Shown here: positions 41,766 to 52,251 of the stretch, piece by piece
Layout: each line of letters starts with the position of its first letter
Numbering within the stretch: the first letter of the stretch is position 1
NCBI GenBank assembly: GCA_041660605.1
Contig: JBAZWB010000002.1
Location: 239,940 to 303,939 of the forward strand
Source of the DNA: Patescibacteria group bacterium
GTDB lineage: Bacteria; Patescibacteriota; Patescibacteriia; UBA10025; JAHIVO01
Length of the DNA stretch: 64,000 nt
Direction of reading: 5' to 3'
Made by a program: the position numbers and the translations under genes
Notes under the pieces: model-generated
The model's database searches: none
What the model was told of the DNA's origin: nothing
Seen by the model: the letters and a program-made list of their open reading frames with translations, nothing else

Positions 41766-43457
41766 ATGAAAAAAACCGCCAATTTAAAAACAGCGTTTAT
41801 TGCTTTATTGGTCTTTTTTGGCATGGCTGGGGGAGTTTTAATAGTACAAGCCAAATCTGCTAATATTCCCGAACAGCTTACTCCCACCTCTATTATTGAT
41901 TCAAAATTGCCCGCACTTCAGCCGTCTTATCCTAAACCGCAAAATCCTCAACCTTATAAGTTAGTTGATCCCAATGCTACAGTGCACCAGCAAACTGAAG
42001 ATATGTTGAGCACGGACACTTGCCTAAATTTAAATGATGCTACATATCATAACATTACAGCCAACACAGTCATTTGCACAGACCAAGGCGACTACTTTTA
42101 TAACGGTGCTGATATGTATGGCTTTATAAATATTTTAGCTGATAATATAACACTGGATTGCCAAGGAGCAAAAATTTATTCTGATAATGTTCCCGATAGT
42201 GACCCATATACATCTACTGGCGGCTGGGGAATTATTATTGGCGACCCCAATCATAGCTATAGCAATGTAACAATAAAAAACTGCGTTATAGAAAAATTCT
42301 ATACTGATATCTATAAATACAGCAATTCCAATAATACTAACATTCATAATAATTCTCTAATAAATTCCGAAATAGGTTTACTGTCTAGGGGTATCGCTAC
42401 TAACTCACATATTTACAACAATTCATTAATCGGAGATGGTATATTCAATGATCCCAACGATCAAAAGATAGGAATATTATTAGAGGCTGAAAATAATGGC
42501 CTGTTTGAATATAATACCTTTACCAACCTTAATTACAATGGGATTCTACTTAACTCCAAAAAGCTCGCTTCAATCTGGTATTTCCCCCATGATAATATCT
42601 TCCGAAATAACCTCATGAGCAATGTTTACCGGGGCATAGTCCTGACCAGCGGCGCTTATAACAATACCATTCAGGATAACCAGATAGACGCCAGCGACGT
42701 AGGTATTTATTTCTATCATTATACCGACCCGGCTAACAAAATTCTTAATAATACTGTTATTAAGAATTCCGTTACTGGCGGTAGCAACAATATCGGCATA
42801 ATGTTTGAGGCATCGGCTGGCGATAATAATACCCTGAAAAATAATCACTTAAAGAATGCTACTGCTGGTAGAGGCCTTTATCTGGCGTCAGGCAACAATA
42901 ACAATGTCATTCTGCAAAACAGCTTTATAAATAATCTGCACCAGGCTTATGATAATGGTTCTGGTAATATTTTTGACCAGAATGGTAAAGGCAACCGCTG
43001 GAGCACATTCGACGAGCCGTCCGAGGGCTGCCATGATGCCGATGGTAATGGAATTTGTGAAGAAAGTTACACAGGGATTACAGGAGACGCTGGTAGTATC
43101 GACCACTACCCCACCACCGGCCAGATAACACTCGCCCCTATCAACCCCATCACCGCCAATGAATTGGATACTGTGATTGTCGATATGGCGGCAACTGATC
43201 CGGAAGGTGATAAGCTGACTTACAGCATAGAAGATCCGCGCTTTTATTCACTGGAGTCGTGCGTAGGCGATCCCTCTGTCTGGGGATGGAGTACTAACAA
43301 ATATAGCGCCGGACATTATTTCGTTATGGCAAAAGTAACCGACGGTGATTATATCGCTACTCAACAAGCAGAAATCATAGTCAATGACACCTGCCATTTG
43401 GACAAGTGGGGTAAAATGGTCTGTTCTGCCGTTCGTACCAATATCTCCTGCCTCTAA
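41766..43457 (+). CDS. Secreted right-handed parallel beta-helix repeat protein (surface or adhesin-like)
   Basis: Signal peptide. Many N-x-(I/L) repeat turns (NNSLI, NNTI, NNHL). Cys-rich C-terminus. Confidence 0.6.
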   Translation: MKKTANLKTAFIALLVFFGMAGGVLIVQAKSANIPEQLTPTSIIDSKLPALQPSYPKPQNPQPYKLVDPNATVHQQTEDMLSTDTCLNLNDATYHNITANTVICTDQGDYFYNGADMYGFINILADNITLDCQGAKIYSDNVPDSDPYTSTGGWGIIIGDPNHSYSNVTIKNCVIEKFYTDIYKYSNSNNTNIHNNSLINSEIGLLSRGIATNSHIYNNSLIGDGIFNDPNDQKIGILLEAENNGLFEYNTFTNLNYNGILLNSKKLASIWYFPHDNIFRNNLMSNVYRGIVLTSGAYNNTIQDNQIDASDVGIYFYHYTDPANKILNNTVIKNSVTGGSNNIGIMFEASAGDNNTLKNNHLKNATAGRGLYLASGNNNNVILQNSFINNLHQAYDNGSGNIFDQNGKGNRWSTFDEPSEGCHDADGNGICEESYTGITGDAGSIDHYPTTGQITLAPINPITANELDTVIVDMAATDPEGDKLTYSIEDPRFYSLESCVGDPSVWGWSTNKYSAGHYFVMAKVTDGDYIATQQAEIIVNDTCHLDKWGKMVCSAVRTNISCL

Positions 43458-43588
43458 TATTATCTTTCAATAATAGATAATTGACAATCATAATTTACTT
43501 TGCTAGTCTAAAATTATCCAGACTGGAATAGTTTCGGTCGACAGTACTGGTGAACCTTATATAAAGAAGATTAAACTGAAAAACCATT

Positions 43589-43942
43589 ATGACAGTTAAG
43601 AAAGGGTCCGAAACAATGGACCAAGAGTTCGTTGAGTACGTGGTAAAAAATTTAGTTGATCGTCCAGAGGATGTTTCCTCGGATAGGACGGTTGATGAAA
43701 TGGGTGTACTAATCACCCTGAAAGTGAATCCGGCAGATCTCGGGCAGGTTATTGGCCGCCAGGGCCAGACCGCCAAGGCTATCCGGACTCTATTAAGGGT
43801 CGTGGGCGCCAAGAATCATGCTCGCGTCAACCTGAAGATCTATGAACCAGAGGGTTTTCACAAAGGCCCTGCACGCGGTCCAAGACCGGCTGATACGTCA
43901 GCGGTAGCCGATACGTCAGCGGTAGATGATCTGAAGATATAA
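43589..43942 (+). CDS. KH-domain RNA-binding protein (YlqC/UPF0109-like)
   Basis: VIGRQGQTAKAIRTLL KH GxxG motif. Conserved position between rpsP and trmD. 15-bp tandem duplication at the 3' end. Confidence 0.7.
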   Translation: MTVKKGSETMDQEFVEYVVKNLVDRPEDVSSDRTVDEMGVLITLKVNPADLGQVIGRQGQTAKAIRTLLRVVGAKNHARVNLKIYEPEGFHKGPARGPRPADTSAVADTSAVDDLKI

Positions 43943-44197
43943 AATCAAATAGAAATATACACAAAAGCCGTGTGGTACAAACCCCGCGGTTTTTGTTTTA
44001 TTGAATATAATAAATTAATTCTCCCTCTCTTGTGATGACGGAGATGAAGCCATTGACGTTACAATACGGTTTTTGATAGTCTTACGAACACGGGGGCAGT
44101 ATATCCCATCGTCTTGGGTAAGAAATAAAAAACGCTCATGTCCGGGAAATGGAGAATAAAATTATGTTTGATCCTACGAAGGGCGAATAGCCCGCTA

Positions 44198-44240
44198 GAA
44201 TGCGCATCGCGGCGCCTTATCCCGTGCGTATTCTTTTTTT
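44198..44240 (+). terminator. Rho-independent terminator inside the KH-trmD spacer
   Basis: GAATGCGCA...TGCGTATTC, followed by T7. Confidence 0.45.
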
Positions 44241-44575
44241 ATTACCCAGACCGCCCCCTTTGTGTCATCCTGAGGAGTGAGCGCAAGCGAACGACGTGAG
44301 AATCTCGCTATCTTCAGCACCTGGGGTTGCCACACCCTCACTGCGTTTGGGCTCGTAATAACAAAAGTGGGGCGGGGCTTCGCGAAGGCGAGTTTAATTA
44401 CTTTTCTGGGTGACCAGAAAAATTGCAAATATGATATACTGTAATCAAGTATTTATAAAATATCAAAGCAAGCTTTAAATATTAATCATCGCGAGGCCAC
44501 GGGCCGAGCGATACACCCTTTGCGGAAAGCGTTGGAAACCATCCGCCCATTGGCGGAGGGTTTCCGAAATAATCT

Positions 44576-45226
44576 ATGCAATTCGACATTATCACTATCT
44601 TTCCAAACATCTTTAGCTCTTATTTTAATGAGAGTATTCTTAAGCGCGCTCAAAGAAAAAAGAAAATAAAAATCATAATCCACAATCTGCGCGACTACGC
44701 TAATGACAAACATAAAACCGTCGATGACCGGCCGTATGGCGGAGGACCCGGAATGCTTATGAAAATTGAACCAATTTATAAATGCTTGAAATCAATAAAA
44801 AAATTAAAACACCATAAAATTATTTTACTCTCAGCTAAAGGTAAATCCTTTAATCAATCATTGGCAAAAACATTTGCGAAACTTCAGCAGATAATCTTTA
44901 TTTGTGGCCATTATGAAGGCGTTGACGAGCGAGTAATCAAATATATTGACGAAGAGATATCCATCGGCAATTATGTACTGACTGGCGGAGAAATTCCAGC
45001 TATGGCCGTTATTGATGCGATCACGCGCTTGATACCCGGAGTATTGGGAGACGCTGATTCACCAAAAGAGGAAACTTTCTCGAAAAATCTGGACTATATC
45101 GAGTACCCGCATTATACCAGGCCAGAATCATTTAAAAATCAAAATGTTCCGGGAGTGCTGTTATCCGGTAATCACGAAGAGATAAACAAGTGGCGAAAAA
45201 AGAAATCCAAGCTGAGAAAGTCTTGA
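44576..45226 (+). CDS. trmD: tRNA (guanine37-N1)-methyltransferase
   Basis: MQFDIITIFP... SPOUT knot motifs and a SAM-binding loop. Confidence 0.9.
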   Translation: MQFDIITIFPNIFSSYFNESILKRAQRKKKIKIIIHNLRDYANDKHKTVDDRPYGGGPGMLMKIEPIYKCLKSIKKLKHHKIILLSAKGKSFNQSLAKTFAKLQQIIFICGHYEGVDERVIKYIDEEISIGNYVLTGGEIPAMAVIDAITRLIPGVLGDADSPKEETFSKNLDYIEYPHYTRPESFKNQNVPGVLLSGNHEEINKWRKKKSKLRKS

Positions 45227-45251
45227 CACCTTCTCATAAATACTTTACAAT
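45223..45251 (+). promoter_or_regulatory. Candidate rRNA promoter
   Basis: TTGACA, 17 bp, TACAAT. Overlaps the trmD stop, about 240 bp upstream of the 16S 5' end. Confidence 0.5.
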
Positions 45252-45489
45252 ACATTATACCAATAATTGGTCGAAATAAAGGCTAATTTAACACTAAAAT
45301 ATAAGGAGAAACGCCTAGTGGGGATATAAAAACTAGCAAAAAGTTATCAAATAAAACATTTGATGTCCCGCTAAGCCGGGATTTTTTATCTCCTATATCG
45401 ACCAGTCATTGAGAACTTTAACAATCAGAAAGTGATAAGAAGAAACGTCAATTTCTTTTTGAAAGTTTTTTAAAACTTTCATTTTTTTC

Positions 45490-46987
<1,498 letters not shown>

Positions 46988-47290
46988 AAGGAGAACTTAA
47001 TTTCCTTTCGGGGAAATTATTGTAGGTCGATGATCAGATTTTATTATCTGATTTTGAAATAATTTTTGACGTTTCTTTCTTATCACCTTTTGGTTGTTAA
47101 ATAATATATACAAATCTACAGCCCAGTAAAATCATGAGTTTGATTTTTACCAAGATATTTAGTACAATATTGACAAACAGGCTGTAGTTTTTTTATTTAA
47201 TAAACAATATACAGGGGCGACTAGCTTCCACCTCCGTCCGCCTGGGGCGGACTTCGGCGGACACGCAGATGGTTATTAAAGCCCAGTGGT

Positions 47291-47367
47291 GGGCGACTAG
47301 CTCAGATGGTTAGAGCGCGTCACTGATAATGACGAGGTCTCAGGTTCGATTCCTGAGTCGCCCACCA
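47291..47367 (+). tRNA. tRNA-Ile (GAU) with encoded CCA
   Basis: Acceptor GGGCGAC/GTCGCCC, anticodon loop CTGATAA, T-arm GGTTCGATTCC. Confidence 0.85.
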
Positions 47368-47573
47368 CTGGGGTCTATAAAGCTTGCCTACCCCTCAGAG
47401 TTGAACAAAACAAGGCGAGCAGGGTTTAATGTCAGGTTCCCCCGCCACAATAAATTAAATGAACTAAAGTGGAGCGGGGTCCGCCTCCCATCGGGCCTGA
47501 GAGGCCTCAGGGCCTCGAACGGCTGGCGGAGATTCCTGAGTCGCCCATTTGAAAAAAACAATTCGCTCCAATA

Positions 47574-47897
47574 ATGGAAATAAATAAACTCCAAAAAACA
47601 TTGCGGGATTTGGCAGAAAAAAAGAACTGGGGCAATTCCCCCGCTGAAATAAATTTTGCTGAAAAAATTGCTCTCCTCCACGCAGAAGTTTCAGAAGCCC
47701 TGGAAGCTTACCGTAAGGGTAATTTTCAGGGCAAAGATGGCGTCGGTGAAGAACTTGCTGATATATTAATTCGAACCATCCATCTTGCCAGCATTTACGG
47801 GCTTGATCTGGAAAGAGAAATCAACAAAAAACTTAAAATAAATTCAGAAAGAAGCTGGGATAATGACCAGCTGCACATCGATAAAAAAAATTGCTAG
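47574..47897 (+). CDS. MazG-like nucleotide pyrophosphohydrolase (small all-alpha NTP-PPase)
   Basis: EVSEALEA...EELADIL... EExxE/D motifs typical of the MazG/dimeric dUTPase superfamily. Confidence 0.6.
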   Translation: MEINKLQKTLRDLAEKKNWGNSPAEINFAEKIALLHAEVSEALEAYRKGNFQGKDGVGEELADILIRTIHLASIYGLDLEREINKKLKINSERSWDNDQLHIDKKNC

Positions 47898-47938
47898 GAA
47901 TAATATAATTATTATTTTCAAATGCCGAAGATATTTGT

Positions 47939-48010
47939 GCCGAGGTAGCTCAGTGGTAGAGCGAAGGACTGAAAATCCTTGCGTCGCCAGTCCGATTCTG
48001 GCCCTCGGCA
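47939..48010 (+). tRNA. tRNA-Phe (GAA)
   Basis: Acceptor GCCGAGG/CCTCGGC, anticodon loop CTGAAAA, T-arm GCCAG-TCCGATT-CTGGC. Confidence 0.85.
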
Positions 48011-48035
48011 TTTGAGAATAATTTCGTGATTAAAA

Positions 48036-48190
48036 AATGCAGCTCAGTGGGCCGAAGCCACGAGTGAAGCAAACTGCTTTGCTTCACGAGGAGCTGAGGC
48101 GGGCGAGATGATACGGGAACCGCCATCGAGCCCCGGGAGAGCGAAGGACTGAAAATCCTTGCGTCGCCAGTCCGATTCTGGCTCTCGGCA
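48036..48190 (+). pseudogene. Disrupted second copy of tRNA-Phe with an 85-nt hairpin insert in the D region
   Basis: 48129–48190 reproduces the 3' two-thirds of tRNA-Phe with 1 mismatch. The 5' part (GCAGCTCAGTGG) is separated by a GC hairpin insert. Confidence 0.5.
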
Positions 48191-48497
48191 TAAGTGAAGC
48201 ATTAATAACCCAAACTGAAAATTTTACCCCGTACTTGACGCGAAGCGGCATAGTGCGGGGCCTTGCGTCGCCAGCATGCCCCACGAAGTTGAACGTAGCG
48301 AAACGTAGCGGGGGGGAGACCCGCCCCGCTGACTAGCGGGGTTCTTGAGAACAAATAATAAATCAAATGACGAAATCCCGCCGCATGGCGGGATGGCCCT
48401 CGACATCTTCAGGGGCTTGCTTTTGTTGTGGGATAAACTATACTATACTGAAACTATATTAGATAAACACTAAACTTGAGTATATATTTCCCCTTAT

Positions 48498-49331
48498 ATG
48501 ATTGAAAACTCAGAATATTTAAAGGAAGCGGCACAATCTTCGATGGATTTCTCAAAGATCCAAATCGATGAAATACTTAAAGCTCATAATACCGGACAGC
48601 CGATTGAATTTGAGTCATTTAGCCCATATATTGCGGACCATGACCTGGCTCATGGAGATATTCGATCTGGAGGCCTAACTAATGAGGAACAGATCGGATT
48701 ACAAATAAGTAAAACTTTACGGGAACAGCTACCGGAGGCGCGGATGGTTTCATTGTATGATGAATACAATACCAATGTTCCGGATAGTGCGGATCCATCC
48801 GGTCGACCCATGTCTGACGGCAAGCAAGTTGGATTGCCTGATGATGTAAAAAATAATTTCAAACAAGGCATTATCAGGGTTCTACGAGAAAACAATTTGA
48901 GCAGGGATGACGACTTGCTTATTTCAGAAAGCAGTAAAATTAAAGCAGCTCACACGCTTGAGCAACGGCTACGTGAACACGGCTTGGTCTTCGAACGTGA
49001 TGGTGCGGTATACTTCCGGAATCCAAATCCTGAAAATCCCGCTTATGCTGAAGTGCTCCTTCGATCAAAAAACGGACGGTGGATGTGCGAAGCGCTGGAT
49101 GCTTCAACCTACTTAGATCCAAAGAACCTGGATATAACACATATCGTTGCCCTCTCAAACCACTTCAAACCGCAGCAGGACAAGGTTTGGGAAATTTTGC
49201 GATCTCTCGGTATCCAGAACCGCAATTACCACAATATTTTCTATGACGAGACGCTACCACCAGAGGCTGTCGCTGAGGTGATTCGGGAAAAATTTATCAG
49301 GGCTGGACAGACATTTCAGGCGGCCGCGTAA
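48498..49331 (+). CDS. Hypothetical protein
   Basis: 277-aa ORF with no recognised motif. Confidence 0.45.
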   Translation: MIENSEYLKEAAQSSMDFSKIQIDEILKAHNTGQPIEFESFSPYIADHDLAHGDIRSGGLTNEEQIGLQISKTLREQLPEARMVSLYDEYNTNVPDSADPSGRPMSDGKQVGLPDDVKNNFKQGIIRVLRENNLSRDDDLLISESSKIKAAHTLEQRLREHGLVFERDGAVYFRNPNPENPAYAEVLLRSKNGRWMCEALDASTYLDPKNLDITHIVALSNHFKPQQDKVWEILRSLGIQNRNYHNIFYDETLPPEAVAEVIREKFIRAGQTFQAAA

Positions 49332-49423
49332 AGAACTTAAAGCTTGAAATTAAACAAAACCCGTGATACAGTATTATCACGTATTTTGGTAATATTTGAT
49401 AATTAACCGAGCTTATTTGCGCC

Positions 49424-50455
49424 ATGTATATCGTTGCTACTATCTCAAAAAATTCTTACCCGGCAGAAAAAATTGAAGAAATTCTGAAAGCCGGAGCAAC
49501 TATGCTGAGATTTAATTTTTCTCATGGCACACCGCAGGATCAGGCTGGCCATATACAAACCGCCAGGACTGTAATCGCGAAACTAGGGCTTGAAAAATCC
49601 GTTAAGATAATAGCTGATTTACCGGGCGACAAATTACGCCTGGGTACGTTCGAACCGATCCATTTCCCGATTAAAAAGGGACAGCTCGTAAAATTCGTAT
49701 TAGACTATAATTCAGATGATCCTTCTAAATTTATCCCCATTGATGCTGATAATATTTGCAAATATCTGAAAGCCGGCCAGCCTATTAGTGTCGGCGATGG
49801 CGATCCTGCTTTAATCATCACTGAAATCATTGATGAAAATACTTTTACCGCGCTGGTGCAAAATAATGGCGGTATTCAATCTATGAAAGGATTTAATATC
49901 GGGAGAGGGGTTGACGAACTAGACCATTTTACCAAGAAAACACTGGAAAGTATTGCCTATTTGCCCAAGATTAAACCAGATTTGATTGCCCTGTCCTTTG
50001 TTAATAATAGGGCTTATTTAAAAAAGGCAAAAAAATTGCTGGCTGAGCAATATCACTCAGATAAGTTACCACCCTTAGTGGCAAAACTGGAAACTCCTGA
50101 AGCAATTAAAAATCTTGACGAAATAGCTAAGGATTGCGATATTTTCATGGTTGCCCGGGGTGATCTGGCTATTACCGCGCCATATGAAATGCTCGGTATC
50201 TACCAGAAACAAATTGTACAGGCTGCCAAAAGAAATAATAAGCAGGTGATAGTTGCCACTCAGCTTTTAGAAAGTCTAATGGAAAGCCATACTCCGACCA
50301 GATCAGAAATATTGGATCTGACAAATATTGTTCTCGATGGTGCTGATGGCATCATGTTTGCTAAGGAAACTGGTTTGAGTCTGACGCCTGGCTATTCAGT
50401 GTCAATTGCAAAAAAAATAATTAATGCCGTCGAAAAGAATAGAGATAAAATATAA
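49424..50455 (+). CDS. Pyruvate kinase-like protein (barrel domain only, no C-terminal regulatory domain)
   Basis: RFNFSHG and MVARGDLAI PK signatures. Only 343 aa. Confidence 0.6.
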   Translation: MYIVATISKNSYPAEKIEEILKAGATMLRFNFSHGTPQDQAGHIQTARTVIAKLGLEKSVKIIADLPGDKLRLGTFEPIHFPIKKGQLVKFVLDYNSDDPSKFIPIDADNICKYLKAGQPISVGDGDPALIITEIIDENTFTALVQNNGGIQSMKGFNIGRGVDELDHFTKKTLESIAYLPKIKPDLIALSFVNNRAYLKKAKKLLAEQYHSDKLPPLVAKLETPEAIKNLDEIAKDCDIFMVARGDLAITAPYEMLGIYQKQIVQAAKRNNKQVIVATQLLESLMESHTPTRSEILDLTNIVLDGADGIMFAKETGLSLTPGYSVSIAKKIINAVEKNRDKI

Positions 50456-50754
50456 CGGGGTGTAGTTCAGTTGGCTAGAACGCTCGCTTCTTGCCCCGCC
50501 CCAGGTACAGGATTGCGCTCTTAATAAAAAATTATAGAGAAATATATTCAGGTCGGGGTGTAGTTCAGTTGGCTAGAACGCTCGCTTTGGGAGCGAGAGG
50601 TCCGCGGTTCGAGTCCGCGCACCCCGACCTGAATATGTTTTTAAAACCCTGGTGGCGGGGTGAAGGAGCGAGAGGTCCCCGGTTTCCCGCCACAAATATT
50701 TAATCTAATGTAGGCGGGACCCCGCCGAATGGCGGTGGCGAGTCCCTACCTGCC
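50456..50754 (+). pseudogene. Outer, disrupted tRNA-Pro copy enclosing the intact gene
   Basis: 5' half (50456–50491) and 3' half (GGAGCGAGAGGTCC ... CGCGCACCCCGACC at about 50651–50754) of tRNA-Pro. The intact tRNA and GC hairpins lie between them. Confidence 0.45.
50554..50627 (+). tRNA. tRNA-Pro (UGG)
   Basis: Acceptor CGGGGTG/CACCCCG, anticodon loop TTTGGGA, T-arm CGCGG-TTCGAGT-CCGCG. Confidence 0.85.
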
Positions 50755-50797
50755 AGTAGGCAGTCGCGCACCCCGACCACTCAATAAAACCAATAGT

Positions 50798-51124
50798 ATG
50801 AGTAAGAATTTTTACAACCAAGTATATTTTTTGGTAAAAAAAATTCCACGGGGCAAAGTCGCTACCTATGGGCAAATTGCCGCATTAATTGGCTCCCCCA
50901 GAGCCGCACAAATGGTCGGCTGGGCAATGCATGCCATGGACGGCGGCCGGCTCGAAGAAATACCCTGGCAAAGGGTGATCAACCGTGAAGGTCGCATCAG
51001 TACTACCTGCATCATCCACCCGCCGGATGAACAAGCCCGACTGCTGAAAAAAGACGGCGTGCAGGTGTTAAAAAAGAAAGAGGGCCACTTTGTTGACTTA
51101 AAAAAATATCTGTGGCAACCTTAA
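50798..51124 (+). CDS. Alkyltransferase-like (ATL) protein, MGMT-family DNA-binding domain with Trp replacing the active-site Cys
   Basis: ATYGQIAALIGSPRAAQMVGWA ... IPWQRV (canonical IPCHRV). Confidence 0.6.
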   Translation: MSKNFYNQVYFLVKKIPRGKVATYGQIAALIGSPRAAQMVGWAMHAMDGGRLEEIPWQRVINREGRISTTCIIHPPDEQARLLKKDGVQVLKKKEGHFVDLKKYLWQP

Positions 51125-51222
51125 GTATAAATAACGCCGAGCCTACGGGTCTTGTGGGTCCCGAGGCGAGGCGTACCTAATAGGGAAAAGATGCAATGAA
51201 GGGAAACCGCAGGTGTCCCTTC

Positions 51223-51400
51223 ATAAACACGCGCGGGTATCGTATAACGGTATTACCTCAGCTTTCTCCCGAAAAATAAGGAGCGAAGCGACTATATTTT
51301 TCGGGATCCTCGCAACAAGATGGGCTTGTTCCACCCTCCTCATCGTTGCGGGACAAGCTGATGACAGGGGTTCTGCGCCATAGGTACACCCGCCTTTGGC
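51223..51400 (+). pseudogene. Disrupted copy of tRNA-Gly(UCC) with an 88-nt insert in the anticodon loop and a diverged T-arm
   Basis: 5' part identical to the intact gene through CCTCAGCTTTC. Then an insert, then AAGCTGATGACAGGGGTTC. Confidence 0.5.
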
Positions 51401-51455
51401 GGGGAACTCATTAAATAAAAAATTTATATAGTTAATTCCCATAGAGCGGGTATCG

Positions 51456-51519
51456 TATAACGGTATTACCTCAGCTTTCCAAGCTGATGACAGGGGTTCG
51501 ACTCCCCTTACCCGCTCCA
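51456..51519 (+). tRNA. tRNA-Gly (UCC) with encoded CCA
   Basis: Acceptor GCGGGTA/TACCCGC, anticodon loop TTTCCAA, T-arm AGGGG-TTCGACT-CCCCT. Confidence 0.85.
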
Positions 51520-51636
51520 TGGGAATTAAAACTTAAAAGCATCCTTACCCGCTCCAATATCAAACTTTCCGATTTTTTTGGCGGAATGCTATTCTGAAAT
51601 ATATTATAAAAATTTAAAATCTGATATAATCCATAT

Positions 51637-52251
51637 ATGTCAGACAAAATTTTGTTAAATAAAGAAATACATATATTTACCGAAAACGATTTGCCATGCT
51701 TAATTACTTATGCTGAAAAAACAGGAGGTTCACATTTCAGTATAACTATGGTGGTAGACTTATTTTTGCATGGTTCAAAAATTTTATTTCTTACAGCATA
51801 TCCAATGGCGAAAGAAAATTTTTTAGAACAGATTGAAATCGATCATTCAAAAATTGCCCTTGTTAATTCCCCAGGCGATTTAGAAAAAGCAAAAGATTCC
51901 CAAGTCATTATTTTAGAGAGCGGAAATGAAAATTTGTTCTTTGATGTAGTAAAAACACTTCCTGATTTGCAAGAAAGGGTTGTCTTGATTAAAAATATGG
52001 AAGTATTTACTCAAGCTGTTTTTGATGTTTGTATAAGTATGAAAAAAATTATTTTATCTGGAAATATTGATACATGTATCGATAAAGAGAGAATTAGTAA
52101 AAAATATTTTAAAACAATAATTGCTTTTTCTAAACCAGATATTTTGTTACCGATAGAAATCCCAGTATTAGAAAAATATGTTGGTTATTTATCAAATAAA
52201 GACGAGAGCGGTAATGTAATTGTTCAAAAAATTCAGAAATATGACAGATAA
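51637..52251 (+). CDS. Hypothetical protein (islet cargo)
   Basis: 204-aa ORF in the AT-rich islet. Confidence 0.45.
   Translation: MSDKILLNKEIHIFTENDLPCLITYAEKTGGSHFSITMVVDLFLHGSKILFLTAYPMAKENFLEQIEIDHSKIALVNSPGDLEKAKDSQVIILESGNENLFFDVVKTLPDLQERVVLIKNMEVFTQAVFDVCISMKKIILSGNIDTCIDKERISKKYFKTIIAFSKPDILLPIEIPVLEKYVGYLSNKDESGNVIVQKIQKYDR

Noticed and set aside
50491-50703. ORF 50491–50703 (+) and ORF 51221–51520 (-)
   Set aside because: They overlap intact tRNA-Pro and tRNA-Gly genes and their pseudo-copies. GC-rich hairpins generate spurious open frames.
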